A stretch of 53,548 nucleotides of DNA, filler included, from Diploschistes diacapsis (lineage: Eukaryota), in assembly GCA_023645945.1 (NCBI GenBank). It is 4 parts of 4 records of this genome, joined end to end, with 100 filler letters (N's around TTAATTAATTAA, not from the genome) between each part and the next. Parts side by side here need not be neighbours in the genome. Positions count along the whole stretch, not along the records: positions 40,251 to 53,548 come from JALAIB010000672.1; 3 more parts are not named here. The stretch is one strand, 5' to 3'. Under the pieces are notes generated by a model, which did no database searches, was not told the origin of the DNA, and saw nothing but the letters and a program-made list of their open reading frames with translations. Numbering within the stretch: position 1 is the first letter of the stretch; each line of letters begins with the position of its first letter. A program made the translations under genes and the position numbers. Positions 46,694 through 53,548 of the stretch are shown piece by piece.

Positions 46694-48304
46694 ATGATCT
46701 CGAATGCGACCCATGCAAGGTCAACGCTAAATATAGGATATGTCACCTCCCCACGATTCACTTCTCCAAAGGGAATACGGTTTTCTAAAGCACAGTCGTT
46801 GCGTTACTTCTCTGTCTATTCTCGCCGATGCGCAGACAGTCGTACCTTGAAATCTTCCTCAAAGGGCGAAGGACGAGGTGCTGAGAGGGGACACGAGGAT
46901 GACTTTGACGTCGCTGTAGCTCAGTCGAAAGAGAAGCAGACACGCACACCCTGGCATCGGGATGGCTCATCCGTGCCCCCAGTTGCGAGACCCCGTCGAG
47001 CAGGAGCTATGGTGAAAGGTGAAGTATATTTGTACATGCCTACTAGTTCCAGTAATCTGACGGGAAAAGGCAAACTTCTCACTACGCCCTCCCGGCTACT
47101 GAAGCTGATCTTGCCTCTCACAACTCTCGATAAAAATTCTGATCGCAAGGATGTCGAGCCTCTCGCTCTTCTTGTTCACCCACAGCAACCCCTGTCGTAT
47201 CTCGAGCGCTTGATCCAGTCAGAGCTACCGTCCATCAAGAATGCCAATGGAGACGACAAGGTACCATCTGTACATTTTCGGGCGGAAGATTCGATGCAGG
47301 ATGAGATCGAACCGAGCAAGAAGACGAGCGAAGCGGAAGATGTGGCTTCTGCGGATGAACGTCCGGAAGTCCAGCAAAAATATTTGGGCGAGGACGACAG
47401 AGACGGAGGCCTGGACGAGTTTAAGATTGACGGCAGGGTCGAAAAGACCGGCGTGCTCGGCAGGTCGTCAGTTGCCACGGAAGAGGCGACTAAACTAAGA
47501 GGTGGCCATGGAGAGGGAGGAGTGGAGAGCTACAGTGGACAAGGTCGCGAAGCCGACGCAAGCAATGACGAGGATCGAAAGTTCGTTCGTTGGTCTAGCT
47601 CAACTGAAATCGGTGACTTTATCCGAGATGCGGCTCGAGGCAAAGAATTTGCTGTTGAAATTGAGGGTGCTACAAAGGAGATCAGAGTGGGAGTGCCCTC
47701 ATTCGGCGATCGAACACACTATCTACGGCAGAGACTGAGGCGTGTGTCAAGCAAGTTATCTAACATGGCATCGATCAAGAAACAATGCGATACCGAGGCT
47801 CATAGGGGGGCTCAAAGGGTAGCAATGGGTGGGTTTGCCGGCTTGGTCAGCTGGTGGTTTGGTGTTTATTACCTGACTTTCCAGACGGATCTCGGATGGG
47901 ACACCATGGAGCCAGTTACGGTAAGAGCCCCGGTCATTGCAAGGTTCTATTCTAACAGATTGCAGTATCTCGTCGGTCTGTCTGGACTTATGGGTGGCTA
48001 TCTTTGGTTTCTTTATCACAATCGGGAAATATCATACCGTTCAGCATTGAATCTCAGTATAAGCCGACGCCAGATGAAGCTCTACCAAGCCAAGGGCTTC
48101 GCCCTCGAGAGGTGGGAAGGGCTCATCCGTGAAGGCAATGAGCTTCGCCGAGAAATCAAAGCTGTAGCGATGGAATACGATGCAGAGTGGGATGAAAAGG
48201 ACGATGCTGACGATCAGGTCGTTGTTGAGGCCTTGAGGAAGGATAGAGAAGAGAAGAAGGAAGAGAAGAAAGGCGACGAGAAAGGTGAAGCGCATGACAC
48301 CTAA
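46694..48304 (+). CDS. MCU: Mitochondrial calcium uniporter; in-frame introns 47019-47069 and 47921-47965
   Basis: Basic N-terminal presequence, LLVHPQQPLSYLERLIQSELP, VRWSSSTEIGDFIRDAAR, coiled coil, TM1-GWDTMEPVT|YL-TM2 (WDxxEP selectivity filter). Confidence 0.93.
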   Translation: MISNATHARSTLNIGYVTSPRFTSPKGIRFSKAQSLRYFSVYSRRCADSRTLKSSSKGEGRGAERGHEDDFDVAVAQSKEKQTRTPWHRDGSSVPPVARPRRAGAMVKGEVYLYMPTSSSNLTGKGKLLTTPSRLLKLILPLTTLDKNSDRKDVEPLALLVHPQQPLSYLERLIQSELPSIKNANGDDKVPSVHFRAEDSMQDEIEPSKKTSEAEDVASADERPEVQQKYLGEDDRDGGLDEFKIDGRVEKTGVLGRSSVATEEATKLRGGHGEGGVESYSGQGREADASNDEDRKFVRWSSSTEIGDFIRDAARGKEFAVEIEGATKEIRVGVPSFGDRTHYLRQRLRRVSSKLSNMASIKKQCDTEAHRGAQRVAMGGFAGLVSWWFGVYYLTFQTDLGWDTMEPVTVRAPVIARFYSNRLQYLVGLSGLMGGYLWFLYHNREISYRSALNLSISRRQMKLYQAKGFALERWEGLIREGNELRREIKAVAMEYDAEWDEKDDADDQVVVEALRKDREEKKEEKKGDEKGEAHDT

Positions 48305-48680
48305 CCTTCCGCACCCTGTCCACAGCCATCAAGTCTGCATGAATCTAGGGTGATTTTGAGCACGTTATGGGTAGTGTACTTTGCAGCCATAATTGTTTCA
48401 TTGCTAAGCCAAGCAGACACTGCGTCAAGCTCCCGAGTGCCCAAGAAACCTCTTATTATTGATAAGGCAAGCCCACCTCAATTCTATCATGCTATGTCGG
48501 GCCTTATTGGGTTCCCAAGAGGTTCCCCCAACTTGTGCACCGAGCATCTTCTCGGATGGTCTACAAGTTCTTGCATCACAACGGCGCCATGATGTGAAGC
48601 ATGCTCTAATTCTTGGCGTCCTCATAATTCATAACTGTCAGCCAGAAATTGTGTGGGGGCATCCCGCTACTATCTATCAA

Positions 48681-49220
48681 TTACATTAACTCTTCGGCTT
48701 GCTCTCTCCGCAACAGGTTGGACTTACCTGCGAGGGATGTCGAAGAAGTGGCAGGAACCATCGTGCTTGCTTGGTTCGACATTTTCGATTTCCTATTTCT
48801 CCAGTCTCGGTACCGACAGACGTGCCACAACAACCATTTCAATACCCAATTGTAGACCTTCCGGTCATCGGAGGCTCCGCGGTCATAGTAATATCGAGAC
48901 CAAGGTCGTCCGTCCTTCCATATCTGAGCAATGGCGTTGTCGACGACGTTTGGGTCCAAGTGCGCCCATTTGTATGGGCGGTGTACTCCAGGGTTCGATG
49001 CGTATTCGGGCTTAAGAATGTGTCTGTCGTTTGTTTCAAAATTTCTTACCCAGAAGCTTGTGACTTCTTCCTGCACAACATAAGTTAATGTCTTGGGAAA
49101 ACCGAAGAGTGGCGTACGTACCCACATCTGCTGCAACCGCAGCTTATCTTCCGCGCTGTTGACATTGAGGCCCAAAGCCTTCAGGAACTCATCTTTCGAT
49201 GCGCTTTGTTTGACTGGCAT
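48681..49220 (-). CDS. Hypothetical fungal protein; intron 49121-49071
   Basis: ATG at 49220 (MPVKQSASKDEFLKALGL), GTACGT..TTAAC..CAG 51-nt intron, protein-like C-terminal motif NWVLKWLLWHVCRYRDWRNR; function unknown. Confidence 0.65.
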   Translation of the reverse strand: MPVKQSASKDEFLKALGLNVNSAEDKLRLQQMWVRTPLFGFPKTLTYVVQEEVTSFWVRNFETNDRHILKPEYASNPGVHRPYKWAHLDPNVVDNAIAQIWKDGRPWSRYYYDRGASDDRKVYNWVLKWLLWHVCRYRDWRNRKSKMSNQASTMVPATSSTSLAGKSNLLRREQAEELM

Positions 49221-52200
49221 TGTACAGTGTTCCTCGTCTGACAAGGCTTTCGGTATCTGTGTTGAACGACTAAGGGATCTGGGGATGGTTCTCTTCTTAT
49301 GGACAAACTCGGTCTTTCGAATCAAGTAGAGAAGACCATTCAGCAGATTTTCAATGGCAAACACACTGCAGCCGAGCCGCAACAAACATCATCTCCAGGT
49401 TTTTCCATCTTTGGCAACCCAAGTTATCTTGGATACTGCATGCAACCTAGAATAGTCTCGACCAGGACGAGTGGCTAGCTTGCAGTGCTTGGATGCAGGA
49501 AGTTGCCTGGTGGTCAACAAGAAACCGCTTACATATTGTGACCGTGGTATCTGCAACAGCAGGATTGAGAGTCAATGATTAGAAGGGGAGGTCCCGGCTG
49601 CCTTACCAATGAAAGGATGGACGCCTTCTCAGGCCCCATTCGAAATTGTAAGACAATGTTCCTGAAACGGCAACATATCGTCCTACGTAGGGGAACCTGA
49701 CACAGGCAAACTTTGCAATTGTACAGTGGTTGGAGGAAGTAGGGCCCAAACTCTACGGCAGATCCGCCTTTTCTTCAGGGTATTGACAAACACGATCCTG
49801 GGCGTTGGCCATGCAGGTCGCCTATGGGCTGTCGGAATCTACGTGGCGGGATCAATGGCCGCGCGAAGGTCACCACACCCATATGCGCTTGCCAGCAATA
49901 GCAGAAAACAGCCAGACAAAGATTGGTTCATGGACGCGTCGGTGCCCTCGGCCAACATGCGCTGAATTTGGCTTGCTACGAAATCTGGCTGAGTCGCATT
50001 GCCCTTGTGGGACTGGGTCGGCCATTTTGCTTCTGAACGGAAACCTATTGATAATATCAGCTACCTAAACAGGCTCTTGGTATCCTCTGCTTCTATCTCA
50101 TGGAGAGCAGACAGTCCTGCACGCTGCTGTAACGAATGGGTGAAGGTGGCGTCACAGTTCAACGGAGTTGCGCTGCCACAACATTTGTTGTCCCTGGGCA
50201 ATCTCCCTCTGACTACAGCTTTTTCGTTATAAGATAGGAATCTTGTCCGCTGCACAAGAACGGCGTGCTTTTCGAGTCTCTTCATCCTATCAAACTTCAT
50301 GTCACTTGAAACAGAATCATTGTTACTCTACGATGTATAACACTCTGCAATGCTTTACTCTCTGTTACTGTCGTTGTAACCTCGTTCAATGCTGGCTATT
50401 CAGAGCATGTCTTTCCAGATGCCGTAAAAGATAGGATGGATCACATGGCGTAAGCTTGCATTCAGGTTGCAGCTTTGGAATTTTTATGCAGAATGCTGGT
50501 TGCATGGCGCCAGTCATGGCGTAGAAGCCGCCCTTCACCGCAGGACAGCTGTTTTTAGCTTCTTGCAGCAAGCAAGAACATCGAATTCGGTAGTGGAACA
50601 AAGTTAGGGTTTAGGAAATATCGCCTAACTCAGTGTCTGGCCCTCTTATGCTGGCCATACCACTCGAGGGCCTACGGCAGTGTACTGCGCATCTCTGAAG
50701 ACATTGCGAGATGCGCTCGCGTTGTTACTCTCGACTGTTAGCGACGCTGGTTCTCCTAAGGACTTCATCCCACGACGTACGAGAGTGGTACAATCATCAG
50801 GCTGCGCATACAAAAGTGCTACAGTGTTGGCACGATCTCAAATCCATTCATGGTATCCGGGAGCGAAAGCAATGGCTTGAATCAGTTTCCAAAACTTGCT
50901 GTAGCTCTTTGCGCGATGCTAGCAACAAGATCCATTCAATAGATGATTGTGCCCTCGCTTCGAATCGAGTTAAGTTTTGTGCATTCAACCCAAGAGCTGA
51001 AGGTATTTTAGTTGGCCTTCTTTACGGTATTCGCCTTTGATAGTCTCGGCGGCCGCTGCGCTTTGAACGACGATGGTCAATACTAAGTAGCTGTCAATGG
51101 TTGTTCGGTGTACTTAACGTGCATTGCATACATGCATCATCGACATCGCAGCTACCTCACACCGGAAGTACCACCTGATGTCATTAGATGCTTCATTTAC
51201 CGGGATCCTGCTTCTGAAGAAATCACGTTGTGTTGGCAACATAATGCAAGATTTTGAGATTGGGAAGTGCGTCAATTGGAAGCCGACATCGACTTTCTCC
51301 TAGCTCTCATTAAGACAAGAGAGTTATTGTATGTACTCCTCATTGGCATCAGTCCCAAGAAGAGTATTTGAACTGAAGTGCTGATTTTGGTCTCTCCCAA
51401 CCTTCAATTTAGCCCGTGCTGCATCTGCCATTAAGGGAAAGGGCTTGCTATACGATAGTAGAAGCTCAACCAATCCGCTTATGGAATCTTTCTTTAGCAT
51501 GGGAAGTTCGAACAAAGATCGTGGCAGCTGCCAGTGCCCCAGTCTGCTGTGCTGCTTACGTCCTTGAGCATCCAAAATGTCCCCTATTGGATCCCAACGA
51601 CCCTGATCGTCCTAGGGGTTGGTTACAAGCAACGCTCCGAGTGTTCGGGCTAGGTATTGTACGGTTGGTATCATCCTATCTACTCTGAGAAGAAAATTTC
51701 TCAGTTACTACTGGGCTGCCTTAGGCCAGTCACGCGCCTGAAAGTTGTGAACTTGAATGCAACTTACTCACAGAAATCTTAACCAATGGTTTTGGAACAT
51801 TGGACGCTTGTCTCTTACTTCATGGCCTGACAGATTACCATACAACGGTGCCTGCAAGCCTGTTACATGGTCTATCAGTGGTAACAAATGTCGATCCCCA
51901 CCAAAGGCAACTCTTGTCATGAAACGCTGCGGGAACAAAGTTTCCTTTCGATTGCTATGTATGAAATAAGTGTGGTACGTGGTCAATTCGTCCTTGAAGA
52001 CTTTCCTTCTAGACTTCAATGATACTTTGGAATATTTCCGTCCGGATCAATCCCTTCTGTCGGCTTTCCCTCGAGTCATTGTCATGGGACTATGCTTTCT
52101 CCCTATACTAACTCGGACGAACGTATCTGCTGTGGGTTATATTCCGAATCGACCGCTTGGAGAGCTTGCAGCCAGCCTATGTCATGTACCTCGTAAAGGA

Positions 52201-53548
52201 CACGGACGCAAGGCACCTGCCACGTGAGTTACACAATGTTTTCAGCTTTGTAGAACACAGATGTTTCGCAGCGGGAAACAACGGGCGTCGGCTAAGTGCT
52301 GCCACGCTTCGTTTTGGCTCACAACACGCCTTGGTGTGGCGTCTGCATTCCTCTCCATGTCTGACAACTCTTACGGTTGTACAGGTTGTGACGGGCTCAA
52401 GGACTTGACATGTGGCAGTGGGAATGGCTGCTGGGATTCCCTTGATATCCTTTCCCCATTCTCTTTCCTCTTTTCCCGTGCTGGGATAGTTCACCCTATA
52501 GCACAGCAACCTCGGGAAACTTGCCAATATCATCACTGCTGCTGCAGTTTTGAAGAGCAGATACAATTAGATGTCTGCACAAGGAGGCAAACACACGTGA
52601 AATCCAGGGCCGATGTATATTTAGGAACGAATAAGGACACCACCAGGGGTTACCACATAGTACCCAGGAGAACTCCACGACTTCCAGGTCAATAGTAGCG
52701 TCCAGCAAGGGCAGCATACTGTATAGAGGGTTTGTACCCTTCGCCAGCATCAAAGTCAACTATCAATCATTCTACGCTGAAGACACTATGGGCCCTAATG
52801 TTTAAGTACAATCAAGCCAAACCATCGCTTCTCAGAGTCAAGTTTCAAACAAAGGCAGCTTATACCTCCTTTCTAAATTTCTTTAAGATCTCGATTCAAC
52901 TGATCCGAAGACTGCAGAGCCTTCCTCAACTGTCGCGCCTCTAAAAAACGATCCCACCTTCCCTTTCCACCATTTTTCTTCTCAATCCAAACCCCTATGT
53001 CGTTTAAAAAATCTGCCTCCCCCGCCTCCCTTTGCTCCCAACTCACACTCCCCTCCCCCTTGCCAGGAACCAGATCTCTGTAAAACCTAGGTCCTGAAAC
53101 GCCCCAATATCTAGAGACCCAGTTCCTGCTATCCGAAAATCCCTGCCTGCGTGGCCGCGTGCCTGGCCGGGCCGTTACACGAAAAACACAAGGCGCCCGT
53201 GTCCCAGCCGGGCTTTTTTTTTTACCTACCCACCTACCTATTACGGGGCAAGTCCAACAAACAAAATATCCGAAAGAGGTAACTTTTTCCTTGGGTAGAC
53301 GGATTCTCCTCGTGGCCGTTCATTTTTTTTTTCTTTCCTTCCTTTTCCTACGAAGCGCCCCCCCCGGACGGGGAGTTACCGGCTCCTGCATGGTGGAATA
53401 GGTCTGTCTGCCTGGCTGGAGGGGTTCCGGGAAGTGCGGGGGATCGGAGATGGCGGGGATTGGGGGCTTCGGAATGGAATTCTGGCGGCTTGTGCGGAGC
53501 AAACTTTGGCTGTGGAATTTTTGTTTGGGAAAAGAAGAGGGGAGGGGG

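Noticed and set aside
47019..47965. In-frame stop-free introns in MCU (also in YAR1 and the hypothetical gene)
   Set aside because: Short 3n introns without stops arise often by chance, and retention of the second MCU intron would disrupt the pore helix, so these are ordinary introns
51300..52760. Several 80-140 aa ORFs as a possible degraded gene or transposon
   Set aside because: No transposase, RT or other motif, and no terminal repeats recognised

Overview
Intron-containing genomic DNA from a filamentous ascomycete (Pezizomycotina; the protein sequences look Eurotiomycete/Chaetothyriomycetidae-like, which is inference). Three 100-nt artificial scaffold linkers (N44-TTAATTAATTAA-N44) interrupt the window. 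Left block: eIF4G (-) divergent from the DNA polymerase alpha catalytic subunit POL1 (+, runs into gap 1), then a cupin, YAR1-like ankyrin protein and ferroportin-family transporter. Central accessory region (~19-34.5 kb): PTH11-like membrane protein, CorA-like TM protein, ankyrin protein, the 3' end of a PQ-loop transporter missed by the ORF track, and three adjacent pseudogenes (DHA2 MFS, cytochrome P450, PTH11-like). Right block: ornithine aminotransferase (-), GPI10 (+, runs into gap 3), RAM1, a small dsRBD-like protein, the mitochondrial calcium uniporter and a hypothetical protein. No tRNA, rRNA, CRISPR or intact transposon was recognised. The most unusual signals concern splicing: a structured OAT intron with competing donors and mutually exclusive stems, an eIF4G last intron ending in GG rather than AG, an in-frame retainable eIF4G intron, and many AAG/GAG acceptors. 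There are also recurring C-rich to G-rich strand-skew switch points. All exon models were made by eye and are untested against RNA data.
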